Assembly (NCBI RefSeq): GCF_020745735.1
Contig: NC_083442.1
Location: 21,987,562-22,051,561 of the forward strand
Direction of reading: 5' to 3'
DNA: 64,000 bases
DNA from: Hemiscyllium ocellatum
Lineage: Eukaryota
Positions 23,946-37,509 of the stretch are shown one piece after another. A model generated the notes under the pieces. The model was not told where the DNA came from. It did no database searches and worked only from the letters and a program-made list of their open reading frames with translations. Within the stretch, counting starts at the first letter, position 1; every line of letters starts with the position of its first letter. Position numbers and translations under genes: made by a program.

Positions 23946-25844
23946 GTTGGTAACGAGAACCCGCAAGTTTTTAGATCAATGTTTTATGGAAGGAGTTGAT
24001 ATGCTCTGGAAGTTCACTGCCTGTGAAAGCAGGGTGGGAGAGTGGAAGCAGACTTAATGCAACATTTGGAAAGGAAACATGGGAAAGTTATGGTGTAATG
24101 CCAAGGGAGTGGGACTAAGTAGATAGCTGGACAGAAGAGCCAATATAGGCACAGTGAGCTCAATGATCTTTAGTGCTGCACCAGTCTGTATTAAATGTTA
24201 GAGGTGGCTAGCTTTACAATTCAGAATATACCTCTCATTTCACAGACCTTTCTCGTTTGCTTGAGTCGACAGCCAATGAACTGAAGAGGTTTTGCAACTT
24301 AATACAGTTAAATCTACCTTAATTTAACAATTGGAAGCTTTTAACCAGAAATCTGCAACAAAAGGAATTGTATAAACAGCTCAATGTTTGCTGAGAACTG
24401 TGATTCTATTTAATTAATTGGATTCTGAAAACAGCATTTAACTTTGTCCAATCAAAGTAGTTTCACAGTGTGTTAGATTAAAACTATAGAAGGAAGGCAA
24501 AGTCTTTTTTAAAACACAATTAAATAGCAGGATTGCTTTGCAATGTATTTGTACTGGCCTTGTCAGATTAATGTTAACTTGAAGGATTGACAGATTTAAC
24601 CTTCAGGTTCATTCGTCCATCATTCATCTTGTCCTTAAGTTAGGAGGACAAGGCTATATGTGTGCCTATTATTGGTTAAGTGTATGACCTCCCTAACATG
24701 AAATGTCATTGACTTAGCAAATGTTAAATAAGCGAAGGTGACAGTGATATATTTGCACGTGCCCTGTGTTAAACTTGAATTTGAATGAAGACTTTACCGG
24801 ACCTGTCCTGGAAATCACCTTTCAGTTGAAGGTAGAATTCCGTTTCTGTTGTTGTGAATAGCCATGGGGTTCAACAGCCAAAGAAATGGAGGTATGTATT
24901 TTATTTCATGATATCACTGGCAAGATCAGCATAGGTTGCCCATTCCTTAACTGCCTTGCTGTGTGTCTAGAGTCACGTGTAGGCCAGGTGACATGAAATT
25001 GGCAGATTTCCTTCTCGAAAGAACATGAATGAATCAGATGTGTTTTTACAACAGTCGATATTGTCTTGGTCTCCATTACGGAGACTAGCTGTTGCTTACA
25101 GATCTTTGATTTATCAACTTACTTTATGAATTAATGGATTTCAGATCGATTCAAACTCGAGTCCCCACAGCCTCTGTCTGGACTATTGGTTCACTTTCGT
25201 TCCCATTATAGCACAGTCTCCACACGTACATAATGGAATTTAAAGAGGGAAAGCATCTGACGAGCACTTCAGCATGGGGGTGAACACTCTTTGATTTTTT
25301 TTTTCTGGATCCCTTTCATAGCAGAATGAAATAATGAATGATTCCACTCCCCCCTCCCACCACTTCAGAGTTCCACCTGTCAATCGGTGTAAAGCTGAGG
25401 CCAGTGGGGATAGGTTTTAAGACATGGAGGTCACACCAGCATTGTTGGAATCCAAGAGTAAAATGCGAAAGAGTAGTCAAGGAATCAAAGCTTAGTCCTG
25501 TGGAAAACCACCTGGAACTAAGAAGAAGCTGTAGAACTCGAAGGTGACTAAACAGTCTTCAGTGTTTTCATACCATTTATCTTTCAATCATGGGAGATCT
25601 TGCTTTAAAAGTGAGCATATACCCTTTATCTGCTTCCATTGTTGATTTGCTTCCAATGTGGATGATTTTAGAGTTAAGCTGTGGGAACTGGTGGCATTCC
25701 CCCATGACACTGGTCACTTGCACACTATTACAGTTGTATGATTCACTTGCAAAGATGCTGTTCCTTCACCATTCAGAATTTTTGTTGAGATACAAGTGAT
25801 GGAGTTTAGGATGCAAAAATGAAAATATAACTACAACAAACAAG

Positions 25845-26180
25845 GGAGGCGTGATGTGGCACTGGTGGTTTAGTCATTAGCACTGCTGCGTCACAGTGCC
25901 AGGAACCCAAGTTCAACTCCAGCCTTGGGTGACTGACTGTCTGAGTGGTGCTTGCACATTCTTCCTGTGTCTGTGCGGGTTTCCTCTGGTGCTCCGGTTT
26001 CCTCCCACAGTCCAAAGACGTGCAGGTTACGGTGGATTGGCCATGCTAAATTGTCCGTAGCAGGGATGTGTAGGCTAGGTAGATGAGCCATGGTAAATGC
26101 AGAGTTACAGGGATGGGATAGGTGGGATGTCTTTGGAGGGTCAGTGCAGACCCGATGGGTCGCATGTCCTTATTCTGAAC
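25845..26180 (+). mobile_element. HE1-like SINE
   Basis: tcattagcactgctgcgtcacag head, cggtttcctcccacagtccaaagacgtgcagg core, gtagggaatttgattc tail. Confidence 0.78.
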
Positions 26181-27089
26181 TGTAGGGAATTTGATTCTAA
26201 AAGCAGAAAATGCTGTGAATGCTCAGCAAGTCAGGCAGCAACTGAAATAAAACTTTTGTTAATGAGCTGCTCAGAATTTAACTACTGCTGACATTCTTTT
26301 TTTTACAATAAAGTTCATTGGTGTGCAAGTTCTTTTTTCAGTTCTGTTGTCAGATCAGCTGTTTTGAACTGCAACATATCCATTTCTGTGACCCAGACTG
26401 TCATTGTGCTATGCCTTGGATTTTTAAGGTTGCAGCCTAATATTTCAAGGTGACTGCCTTGAGAGTGACCAGAGAAGGTTATAGCTGCTCAAAACAATAT
26501 AGCACATTGGAAGTCACCTTAGAGATGAAGGGGAAAATTTCCAGCCTGATCATTGATACGTGCAATTAGAGATACCGTTGTCCTACATCGTTCCAGAAAG
26601 GTTGTCAGCCAGAACTGTATGCACTTCAACAGAGATTGAAATCATAGCTGTGTGGGAGTTAGTTATCATTGTAATGTGCCATCACATGCTGACTGACTGA
26701 GGTTCTCCCTGAAGACTGGCGTCTTGCTGTTGTGCAAATGTTCAAAAGTCTATTTTTACAGAACTGTAGGAGTTCTTTGCTAGTTACCATGTGTTAGTGG
26801 TATTGTAAACACAGTGGGAAGATTTCCTCTGCCTGACCTGCTTTTGATTAGCAGTGGTCAACATGAAGAAGTCTTTTATTTTTCTTGTATGCTATCTTCA
26901 TGATACCATTAACTTGCAGTGGCCAAAGGGATCTTTCTCCTACAGTGACAGATTGAACAGAAATTCTTCGCTTTTTTATGTTGAGAGATCTGCTCATATG
27001 AACATGATTAATTGTGAGCTAGCTTTGCATATTGAGAAATTACAGATCTGGCAGGATTAAATTCAACCTGGTGTACTGGGAAAATGACA

Positions 27090-28470
27090 CACATCCCTTA
27101 TACCAGTTCCAAAAATTCAAATTTGCTCATGTCCGATATACTAAACCAATATAAAGCATGCAGGTGATCCAATTCTGAGCACCAGCTCTAGGAAAGCTTT
27201 AGAAATGAGTTCTTGCCTCTTCCACACTTATGGACAAGCCCTTAACACTATGGCAGCCCCAGTCAATGTTTAGAAAGTTAAAATCTTCTACCATAACCAC
27301 CGTATTATTCTTACAGATAACTGAAATCTTCTAACAAATTTGTTTCTCCTTTTCCAGCTGACTGCTGAGAGGTCTATAGTACAGTCCCAATAAGGTGATC
27401 ATCCCTTTCTTATTTCTCAGTTCCACCCAATGAAGTTTCCTGGACATATTCTCAAAACAGGAGAAAGTGAGGACTGCAGATGCTGGAGTACCAGAGTTGA
27501 AAAATGTGGTGCTGGAAAAACACAGCAGACCAGGCAGCATCTGAGGAGCAGGAGAATTGACGTTTTGGGCATAAGCCCTTCATCACCGATTTTATTTTTA
27601 CCTGAAGAAGGGCTTATGCCCGAAACGTCGATTCTCTTGCTTCTCGGATGCTGCCTGGCCTGCTGTGTTTTTCCAGCACCACATTTTTCAACTCTCATCT
27701 TCTCAGAACATCTTCCCTAAGTACAGCTGTAAGGTTATTGCTAATCAAAAATGCCACTCCCCCTCCTCTCTCGTCCCCTTTCTATCCTTCCTGTAGCATT
27801 TGTATCCTGGAATATTAAGCTGCCAGTCCCTTGTTTTTTAACCATGCCATGAGTTCCTCTGCCTTTCCTGCTGGGCCTCTTGCGTTGAAATAAATGCAGT
27901 TTCATTTATCAGTCTGCCTCGTTCTCTGCTTTGTTCCTGTCTGCCCTGACTATTTGACTTGCTCCTTTTCCCAACTGTACCAGTCTCCGACTGATCTCTT
28001 TCCTCACTATCTTCCTGGGTCCCTCCCCCCCCCCCCCCCACCACCACCTTACTAGTTTAAATCCTCCCAAACAACTCTAGCAAATCTCCCTACCAGCATA
28101 TTAAGCCCCTTCCAATTCAGGTGCAATCTGTCCTCCTTATACAGGTCACTTCTAACCCAGAAGAGATTCCAATGATCCAAAAATGTGAATCCTTCTCCCC
28201 TGCATCAGCTCCTCAGCCACATATTCATCTGCTCTATCCTCCTATTCTTACCCACACTGGGTCATAATAATCCAGATTACTACCCTTGAGGACTTCCATT
28301 TTAATGTCCTGCCTAACTTCTTATATTCTCTTCTAAGAATCTCATTGTTTTCTCTTCCTGTGTCATTATTTTCAATGTGTACAATGACCACTTGCTGGTC
28401 CCGCTCCCTTTGGAGAACATTCTGCACCCTCTCTGAGATTTCTTTGATTCTGATATCAATGAGGCAATTC
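27090..28470 (-). mobile_element. CR1 5' region (ORF1 esterase-like domain plus endonuclease start)
   Basis: ORF 28248-28523 (QQVVIVHIENNDTGRENNEILRREYKKLGRTLKWKSSRVVI) resembles the SGNH-esterase block of CR1 ORF1 (VVVHIGTND). ORF 27331-27540 has WVELRNKKGMITLLGLYYRP, an APE domain motif. Confidence 0.8.
27460..27699. mobile_element. Palindromic Penelope-derived element nested in CR1, 11-bp TSD
   Basis: Inverted arms. ttctcaaaaca (27449-27459) and ttctcagaaca (27700-27710) flank it. A hammerhead core lies at 27602-27630. Confidence 0.8.
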
Positions 28471-29119
28471 TGATGTGTCTCTGTCGGCTTCAGAAATGTC
28501 TGATCTGGAGAAATGGGCAGCATTCCACTGCTCTCTCACCATATGTTTTATAGTTTGTGGAGAGCTTTTAGGGCATTGAGGGGCAATCCACTTGCTGCAA
28601 AATGCACACAGAGTTCGTGTAGCTCCAGCAGTACTGCAGCAGTTCATGGCATTTATGGTGAGTCAGTGAAGTTTTTCAATGCCTCCATATTATGAAGTCA
28701 CAATCGTCCTGTTTCTCTGGCATGTTTTATTGTGTCAAAGCTTCTGATTACACAGCCGAGCATAAGCGTGTGAGGAGGTGGTGAAGGAAATTGTCAAACA
28801 AGCCACTGTGAAGTTTAACACACAGGCTGTTCATAACTCCTACATTTGTGAAATGATGAGATGAGAACTTACAGACTGCTCTTGTTTATTGCCGTCATTA
28901 TTTATCATTGGAAAGATTGGATTTGAATGATGGCTGCAATCTGGTGTATCATGTCAAACCAATTAGAAGCTGAAATTTGGCTGTATTTGATGAGAGAAAA
29001 ATGATCCTGTAGTGATTACAATGAGGTCAGCCAACTGGACATCATACAATATGAATTCCCTGATTGGGGCTGCTAATCTGGTCCAATCAGGGAGCCCTAG
29101 CTGACATAAAAAGATTGTG

Positions 29120-29262
29120 TGAAAGTTTCGGGCCAAGTGACCCTTCCTCAGGTGTTTTGAGGAAGGGTCACTTGATTCAAATGTTATCTCTGATGTCTCT
29201 CCACAGATGCAGACCTGCTGAGCTTTTCCAGCAATTTCTGTTTTGTTCTGATTTCCAGCATC
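29120..29262. mobile_element. Penelope-derived family B inverted element
   Basis: gtttcgggccaagtgacccttcctcagg faces gaggaagggtcacttgattcaaatg...cagatgcagacctgctgagcttttccagcaatttctg. Confidence 0.6.
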
Positions 29263-29424
29263 TTTTAAAAAGGTTGGGTGTTAGGGATGCTGCCACTCTG
29301 GTGCCTGTCTGTAGATGAGGCAGTACCATAGTCAGGGACTGTCCTTGTATAAATAAGGGGTGATCTTGTGACAGGATTTCTGTCTCTGCGGAGTTATTTC
29401 TGATCCCTGGCCTAATTTTTACAG

Positions 29425-29550
29425 GGAGAAAGTGAGGTCTGCAGATGCTGGAGGTCAGAGTTGAGAGTGTGGTGCTGGAAAAGCACAGCAGGTCAGGCAG
29501 CATCTGAGGAGCAGGGGAATCAACGTTTTGGGCATAAGCCCTTCATCATC
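29425..29550 (-). mobile_element. Penelope-derived family A terminal fragment
   Basis: ggagaaagtgaggtctgcagatgctggag...gggcataagcccttcatca. Confidence 0.75.
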
Positions 29551-31559
29551 GATTTTTTTTTAACAGTATCCAGTTCAACACTCTGCCCTTAGCCAGACAT
29601 TTTGGCAAAAAAAAGGGAGAAGGAGAATGAATTTGCTTAACTTTGAGGTTTAATTTGGCTACTTCAGATGCAATGAGATTGCTGAGGTCTTCAATTGGCA
29701 AAGCAAACTTCAAAAAGTCTGTAAGTTGTTATTGCATGAGAGTTGTGCCCATTCTTTCCCACTCTCTCCTACGTTCCCTCACACTTTTAATCCAGCGTCA
29801 TGCTTGTTATTTTCATCCAGAAGTTCTATTGACAGACCCGGGAAAGAAAACCTGTCATGTTCCCCATGAGAATATAATGCCAGTCATAGCTCAGTTGATA
29901 ACGCCCTCAGTTCTGCTCAAAGGTCTCGGGTTCCAGTGACTCGGGTGCAGCTGTCTCGGCTGATGCTGCAATGCACCGTGATAGGCATGCTGCACCGTCA
30001 GAGGACTTTGCTTTCCAGGGACAGACATTCCTGCTGAGCTGTGTATGCAGAAACACCATATTGTCCCACATCAAAGTGAAATGAGGATGTTTTCCCTGGG
30101 TGGTGACTGTCTGTTCCTCACAAAATGACTGCAGGACCTGGCCATGATCACGTTGTTGTTTGTGAGACCTTGAAGAGCGGCAGTCCCATCTTCTGATATT
30201 ACAGCAGTGACTGTGTGTCAAGAACGATTGCCTGTAAAGGGCTGCCACGCACTGAGGTCACGTATAAATGCGAATTCTTTCTTTGAGTTAACACTGACTT
30301 GACAGCTTTTTAGCGCATCCTTTGAGGCTGTCCTGTATGAGCATATGTTGTGAGACATTAACATTGAAAGAAGTATGGCGGTATGAACAAGGTTCAGAAT
30401 GTGGCATTGCTGAACTCACCTGGCTTTCTTTTTTCACTTTCTGCTATGGTGGTCTGGCAAATAAAAGACTACATCATCTATTTTTTTGACAATGAATATA
30501 GTTTTTGGGCTGATTTAAACTGAAATGAGCTGCCTGGGAGTTGAGGGGGAATGAGTGAATGAGAATGATTTTGCAGGAAGTGAGGAAGGGGGAAAAGTAT
30601 CAGAAAGGCCTTTTTAATTTTCACGCATATTCACGGGAAAGTAATCTTATGGTTTCTCCTATTCTCCCAGTTCCATTTCATTGTTGCTGACTTTCCCTCT
30701 GGTGCCTTATCCAATTCAACATGTTGACTCTAGGTTATCAGTCTTTGTAACGAGAAAGGCAATTGTAAGAATTTGGTGGACACATGCCTTATCTTAAGCA
30801 CTAAATGTACAAACACCAGTTATAAGGAGAATGAGATAGAGGGGGCATTATGGAGGGCAGCTGATTTTCTCTTGTTTCCAGTTATTGTGTTTGTCCATTG
30901 GAAACTCATTTGGACAAATTTCTAAAGGATCATGTGAAAAAACTGGATTCAGTCAGAATATGTGATGTGATTCCTTTTTTTTATTGAAATGGATTGCTCA
31001 TCACAGCTGATCCAGATCTTAGAGCACAAACTTATTTTTGTGCACCTTCAGTGTTTTAATACTTCACTTTCAAACAGGACAGTGATTTCAACAATGTATA
31101 TATAGAACAGCACAGTACAGGCCTTTCAGCCCTCAATGTTGTACAGGCCTTTTATCCTACTCCAAGATCAAATGAACCTACATACCCAACATTTTACTGT
31201 CATCCATGTGCCTAGCCAAGAGTTGCTTAAATGTCCCTAATGTATCTGACTCTATTATCACTGCTGGCAGTGCATTCCACGCACCCACCACTCACTGTGT
31301 GAACTATTCAAGGGTTTTGTTTGTACTCTGTTTCAGTCCAAGATGAATGAGATGCATATCAGCCTGTGTGGGTGAAAATGAAGAAATGCCTGAATAACAT
31401 TGCCCTTAGTCTTTTAAAGAATATGGTAAAACAAGAGTGACGATATGTATGATTCTGTAAGCTGTCAACGGACATATGTGAATAGAGACAAAAAAAAGAA
31501 CTGCGGGTGCTGGAAATCAGAAACCAATGAAATTGCGGGAAATTCTCAGCAGGTTTGAC

Positions 31560-31995
31560 CATAAGACCCATAAGACATAGGAGTGAAAGTAAGGCCATTC
31601 AGCCCATCGAGTCCACACCGCCATTCAATCATGGCTGATGGGCATTTCAACTCCACTTACCAGCGTTCTCCCCGTAGCCCTTAATTCCTCGAGACAACAA
31701 GAATCTATCAATCTCTGCCTTGAAGACATTTAGCATCCTGGCCTCCACTGCACTCCGTGGCAATGAATTCCACAGGCCCAAGACCCTCTGGCTGAAGAAA
31801 TGTCTCCGCATTTCTGTTCTGAATTGACCCCCTCTAATTCTAAGGCTGTGCCCACGGGTCCTAGTCTCCTCACCTAATGGAAACAATTTCCTAGCGTCCA
31901 CCCTTTCCAAGCCATGTATTATCTTGTACGTCTCTGTTAAGTCTCCCCTTAATCTTCTAAACTCCAATGAACACAATCCCAGGATCCTCAGCCGT
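31560..31995 (-). mobile_element. Young 5'-truncated CR1 copy inserted in a family B palindrome
   Basis: Intact ORF 31647-31976 (LEFRRLRGDLTETYKI...WNSLPRSAVEA...GYGENAGKWS) with the tail cataagaccataagacatagg. Family B arms lie at ~31490-31560 and 31995-32110. Confidence 0.88.
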
Positions 31996-32599
31996 TTGGC
32001 AATGAATGTGGAGAGAATTCAGAGTTAATGTTTCAGGTCCAGTGAGCCTTCTTTGGAACTTTGTTGCAGCAGACCTGCTGAGATTTTCCAGCAATTTCTG
32101 TTTTTGTTTCAAATATGTGAGTGTGATTTGTTCCACAAACTACGAAAGTTTGCTTGTACATTGTCTGTGCTCTGGGGACTCTGCAATTTTGACTTGCCCA
32201 GGAAAATGGGGACAATAACGGTGTCCTGTAAATACAGGTAATGTTAATACCTTTAACTGTTCTGATTGCTGTGAAATCTGCCCTCTTGAAGTTCATCTAA
32301 CTGAATCACTCCACATTGCTAGCAGTGTCTTCAACTTCCTAGACCCTGTACTCTGAAATTCTTTCTCTGAACCTCTCCATTTGATTATGTAAGGTTTTCA
32401 AGATCCACGAACAACCTTGTTATGATGTCTCAGAGCTGCACATCAATATATATAAGTAGCACTGTGTGAGCGGAGTTAAAACAGAAAACTTGATTAGGGA
32501 TTAAAACTTGATTAAAACAGAAAACTCTCTGGAAGACTCATATAAGCACCAGAATAGATTAGTCTTTACTGCATGTAACTATAAATGAGAGCCTGCGAT

Positions 32600-34150
32600 A
32601 TTAATGATTACCATGAATAGCAGTATTTGATATTAATAATAAATAGTTAGATGAATTTGCTACTGCCATAGAGAAGTATGAGTGGATAATTTGAATTGGC
32701 AATGATCTCTTATCAGGTACTGTAGAATCCATATGGGTGTATAACAAGAGGACAATATACTGGCGAGAGCAGTCTACAAACTCCCCAACAGCTGTTTTAT
32801 ACGACAGAGAATATATCAAGAAACAAATTAGGCATGTAAAAATGGCCAAGCATTAATCATAGGTGACTTTAATCTTCATATAGATTAGGAATATCAAATT
32901 AGCAGAAGTACCTGGAAGGATTCATAGAAAGTATTTGTTCCAGGAAAGTATTCCAATGTGTCATGGATCCAACCAGGAAACATGCTATTCTGAATCCAGT
33001 ACTGTCAAGCAATGAGGCTGGTTTAATAATGATCTTTAGAGTAAAGGATCCCTGGCTAGGACAGGAGCCTGTAGATTGGTATAATTCAGTATTAAGTTTG
33101 AGAGTGAGAAACATAGATTAGATACAACTGTGCCATACCTAAATAAGTGCAGGAACAAAGTTTAGCAGAGATGACAGTGAGGAACAATAGCAGATGGTTA
33201 AGAAAACAGTTTATGACGTAGAACAAAAGTATGATACGTTAACGGTCTAGATGAAGGAACTGAGGCATTGTGGCTAAGTTTGCAGACGCTACAAAGATAG
33301 ATAGAGGGACAGGTCGCTTTGAGGAGGCGGGGAGGCTGCAGAACAATTTAACAGGTTGGGAGAGTGGACAAAGTAGTGGCAGATGGAGTACAATGTGGGA
33401 AATTGAGGTGATGCACTTTGATCGGAAGAATAGAGACATGGACTATTTTTTAAAAGAGGAGAAAATCCAGAAGTCTGAAGTGCAAAGATACTTGGGAGTT
33501 CTAGTCCAGGATTCTCTCAAGATAAACTTGTATGCTAAATCAGTAGTTAGAAAGACAAATACAATGATGGCATTTATTTTGAGAGGACTTGAATATAAAA
33601 ACTGGGATGTACTTCTGGGGCACTATGAGGCTCTGGTCAGACCACATTTGGAATATTGTGTGCAGTTTTGGGCCCCATATCTCAGGAAGGATGTACTGGC
33701 CCTGCTCAGCGAAGGTTCATGAGAATGGTCCCAGGAACAAAAAGCTTAACATATGAGGAACGTTTGAGAACTCTGGGCCTATACTCAATGGAATTTAGAT
33801 GGATGAGAGGGTATATAACTGAAACATATCGAATGCTGAATGGCCTGGACAGAGTGGATGTTGGGAAGATGTTTCCATTGGTAGGAGAGACTCTGACCTG
33901 AAGGCCATAGCCTTAGAGTAAAGGGAATGGAGATAAAGAGAAACTTCTGCAGCCAGAGAGAATTCTTTACCTCCAAAGGCTGTGGAGGCCAGGTCATTGA
34001 GTATATTTAAGATGGCGATAAAAAGGCTCTTGAGTATTAAGGGTTACAGGGAGAAAGCACGAGAATGGAGTTGAGAAACTTTCCAGCTATGATTGAATAG
34101 CAGAGCAGACTTGGTGGGCTAAATGGCCTCATTTCTGCTCCAATGTCTTC
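32600..34150 (+). mobile_element. CR1 LINE remnant (EN fragment plus RT C-terminus plus 3' UTR)
   Basis: ORF 33270-33722 (MAKFADATKI...YEALVRPHLEYCVQFWAPYLRKD) and ORF 33656-33901; ggtgactttaatcttcat (GDFN) at ~32860. Confidence 0.85.
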
Positions 34151-34589
34151 TGCTAGATTCTAATGAGAAAGAAGAATTTTAGAAAGGGGGAAGAAACCAA
34201 CCTTAGTCAACTAAGGAATTTAAATATCGTTGGTAATTATTCACTAATGAGTAGGATTATCCATCTAGGAAATTCCTTGTCACTGGTCATGGGTTCTGTG
34301 GGTTCTTGTGTAGCTATTGAGCTTGACCCTAGAGCCACATCTGCAACCACACATTTGGCAAATGTTTCCAGGAGGGTGGAATTGATCTTTGGCCTTAGAT
34401 GTTTGGATCACTTTTAAGGACAATTTCTTATTGGAAGAGAAACTTACAACATTGTCAAGATTAGTAACAAACCAGAAAGTTGTAAAAGCCGACATAAGAA
34501 GTTAAAAAAAATAAAGTTTAGTATCTCCCTCTTTAATATTAGAGTAAGCTAGACAGAAATATTAAAAAAAAGATTATTACCCACATTTC

Positions 34590-34832
34590 CCTCTATGTGA
34601 AGAAGTTGCCCCTTAGGTCCTTTGTATATCTTTCCCCTCTCATCCTAAACCTATGCCCTTTCGTTCTGGGCTCCCCCAACCCAGAGAAAAGACCTTGTCT
34701 ATTGATCCTATCCATGCCCCTCATAATTTTGTAACCTCTATAAGGTCACCCCTCAGGCTCCAGAGAGAACAGCCCCAGCCTATTCAGCCTCTCCCTATAG
34801 CTCAAACCCTCCAACCCTGGCAACACCCTTGT
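34590..34832 (-). mobile_element. HER1/CR1 3' fragment
   Basis: gttgccccttaggtcc...gaacagccccagcctattcagcctctcc, homologous to 3200-3440. Confidence 0.8.
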
Positions 34833-35889
34833 AAATGACTCCATTCAAATATATACAATTGGAAAGTCAGGTTAAAATTAACATAAACCCTGCAGAGAAT
34901 GAGGCTGGGAAGTAATAATGGGAAGTCACAAAATGACAGGAATGAATCTGTCTTCATGGTAGAAAGCACCAGTAGTCATTCAATGATATGTCATAATGAA
35001 GGGACTAAGCTGAAGAGGAGGAAAGCAATAATTAGAGGAATGTTTGTTAGGAGGAGGTACAAGGAAAGCTAATGGGGCTAAAGGGTGTGGACCAGATAGA
35101 TTGCATCCTTGGATGTTAAGTGAAGTAGCTTCAGAGTGAGTAGATGTTCTGATTTATATTCTTCCAAGAATCCTTAGATTCTGGAAGAGTGACAGAGGAT
35201 TTAAAACTGCTCATGTAACACCCTTATTAAAAAGTGCAGGGAGATTAATAAACAGTAACCAGAGGCTACTTAATATCTATCATTGGGCAAATGTTAGAGT
35301 CCAATATAGGTGATGCAATAACAGAGCATCTATAACCATATAACAGCAGAGTTGGCGTGGGTGCTTAAAGGAGTAATTAGCCTAAGAAATTTATTAGAAT
35401 TCTTTTGTGGAGGTAACAAGTAGGATATATGAAAGTGGACCTGTTGACTACAATATGTTTGGATTTCAAGAAGTCGTTTGCTCAGATAACTTACATAAGG
35501 CCACTTCATAAGAACTGAAGGTGTTTTGCCAGAATGGCAACATGTAACCAATGGAGTTCCACAGGGATCAGTGCTGAGTCCATAATTGTTTGCAATATGT
35601 ATTAATAACTTGGATGAGGAAAATGGAGATGATGCAAAGAGTCTACAGAGGGATGCAGACAGGTTAAGTGAATAGGCAACAACTTGACAGCTGTATACAA
35701 TGTTGGAAAATGTGGGATTCTGCACTTTGGCAGAAAGAAGAGTAGAGCTGAATGTTATGAATGGAAAGAGGCTGCGGAAACATGCAGCGCGGAGGGAATG
35801 GTGTGATCATGTGCATAAATCACAAAAAGCTAGCATTCAAGTTCACTGGACAATAAGGAAGGCAAATTGGCTGTGACCATTATTTCATA

Positions 35890-37509
35890 GATGAGGAGGA
35901 AGTGTGGACTGCAGAATTGAAAAATGTGGTGCTGGAAAAGCACAGCAGATCAGGCAGCCTCCAAGGAGTAGGAGAGTTAACGTTTCGGACATAAGCCCTT
36001 CATCAGGAATTATGGCAGGGAGGGCAGTGGGTATTGGTAGGGTGGGGGTGGGGGTGGGGGTGGGGGGAGGCAGCTGAGAAATGTATAGGAGGGTGGGGTT
36101 GGGGCTGGGGCAAAGATAGCTGTGAAGGTGATAGGTAGATGCAGGTGGGGATTGATGGTGATAGGTTGATTGGAAGGGTGCAACGGATAGGTGGGAAGGA
36201 AGATGGACAGGTAGGACAGTTCAAGAGGGTGGTGCCAAGTTGGATGGTTGGATCTGGAATGAGGTGATGGGGAGGGGAGTTTTGGAAACTAGTGAAGTCG
36301 ATGTGGTTGGAAGGTTCCAAGGCGGAAGATGAGGTGTTCTTCCTCCGGTTGTCAGGTCGCTTGGATTTGGCGGTGGAGGAGGGTCAGGACTTGTATGTCT
36401 TTGGTGGTGTGGGAGGGGGAGTTGAAGTGATCGGCCGTAGGGCAGTTTGGTGCATGTGTCCCAGAGATATTACCTAAAATGTTCCACGAGTTAGTGTCTT
36501 CTCTCCCAAATATAGAGGAGACCACAGCGGGAGCAACGGACACAATAGATGAGGTGGGTGGACGTGCAGGAAAATCTCTGCTGGATGTGGAACGATGCTT
36601 TGGTGCCTTGTACAGAGGTGAGGGGGGAGGTCTGGGCACAGGTTTTACACGTCTTGCAGTGGCAAGGGAAGGTGTCAGGTGTGGAGGGTGGGTTGGTGGG
36701 GAATGAGGACCTAATGTGGGAATCATGGAGGGAATGCTGATAAGAGTGGGGAGGGAAATATGTCTCTGGTGGTGGAAGGGTCTGACTGTAGGTGGCGGAA
36801 ATGGTAGAGGATAATGCACTGTCTCCAGAAATTAGTGGGATGGAAGGTGAGGCCCAGGGGAGTTCTATCCTTGTTGCGGTTGGAGGAGTGGGGTTCAAGG
36901 GCAGGGGTGAAGGAAGTGGACGAGATTCACTGAAGGACATTGTTGGATCATGTGGTCCTTGAAATAGGAAGCCATCTGGGCTGTCCTGGAGTGGGATTAC
37001 TCCTCCTGGGAACAGATGCGGTGGATGCGGAGTAATTGGGAGTAAGGTATCCTTTCTTTCAATTCCTTCCTCCTGGTTCTTTGCTTCCACCAAGGACCTG
37101 GGCCTCCTCCACTGCTAAATCCAAGCCACCTGCGACTGGACGAAGAATGCCTTATCTTCAACCACACGGCATCAACACCGACTTCAACAGTTTCCAAATC
37201 CCTCCTCGCACTTCATGCCAGATCCAACGCTCCAACTCAGCACCGCCTTCTTGACCTGTCCCACATGTCCATCTTTCTTTCCACCTATCTGCTCCAACCT
37301 CCCCACCAACCCACCATCATCACACCCCACCTGCATCTATCTATTGCCTTCCCAGGTACCTTTCCCGCCCAACCCCCACCCTTCTATGTATCTCTCAGCC
37401 CCCTTCCCCCCCCCCCCTCGCATTCCTGATGAAGGGTTTATGCCCAAATGTTGACTGCCCTGCACCTCGAATGCTGCCTGACCTGCTGTACTTTTCCAGC
37501 ATCACACAG
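35890..37509 (-). mobile_element. Penelope-like (Poseidon-type) element with an inverted terminal copy, 10-bp TSD
   Basis: Minus translations IPYSQLLRIHRICS (RT thumb) and FPCHCKTCKTC...FSCTSTHLIYCVRCSRCGLLYI (GIY-YIG region). A + oriented 3' copy lies at ~37075-37508. ttatttcata is repeated at 35880-35889 and 37510-37519. Confidence 0.88.

Noticed and set aside
24862-24891. 30-nt phase 1-1 micro-exon (AMGFNSQRNG) with a GAG|gtatgt donor
   Set aside because: The acceptor is purine-rich, the donor abuts a SINE tail, and CD276 has no known equivalent exon.
28554-28657. Exon-like segment ending ATG|gtgagt
   Set aside because: The only open frame is phase 2-1, incompatible with the IgC donor, and the peptide is unrecognisable.
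29907-30248. Possible Tc1/IS630-like transposase fossil (TAVISEDG; LMWDNMVFLH)
   Set aside because: The motifs lie in different frames with wrong spacing and no TIRs were seen. It needs an HMM search to revive.
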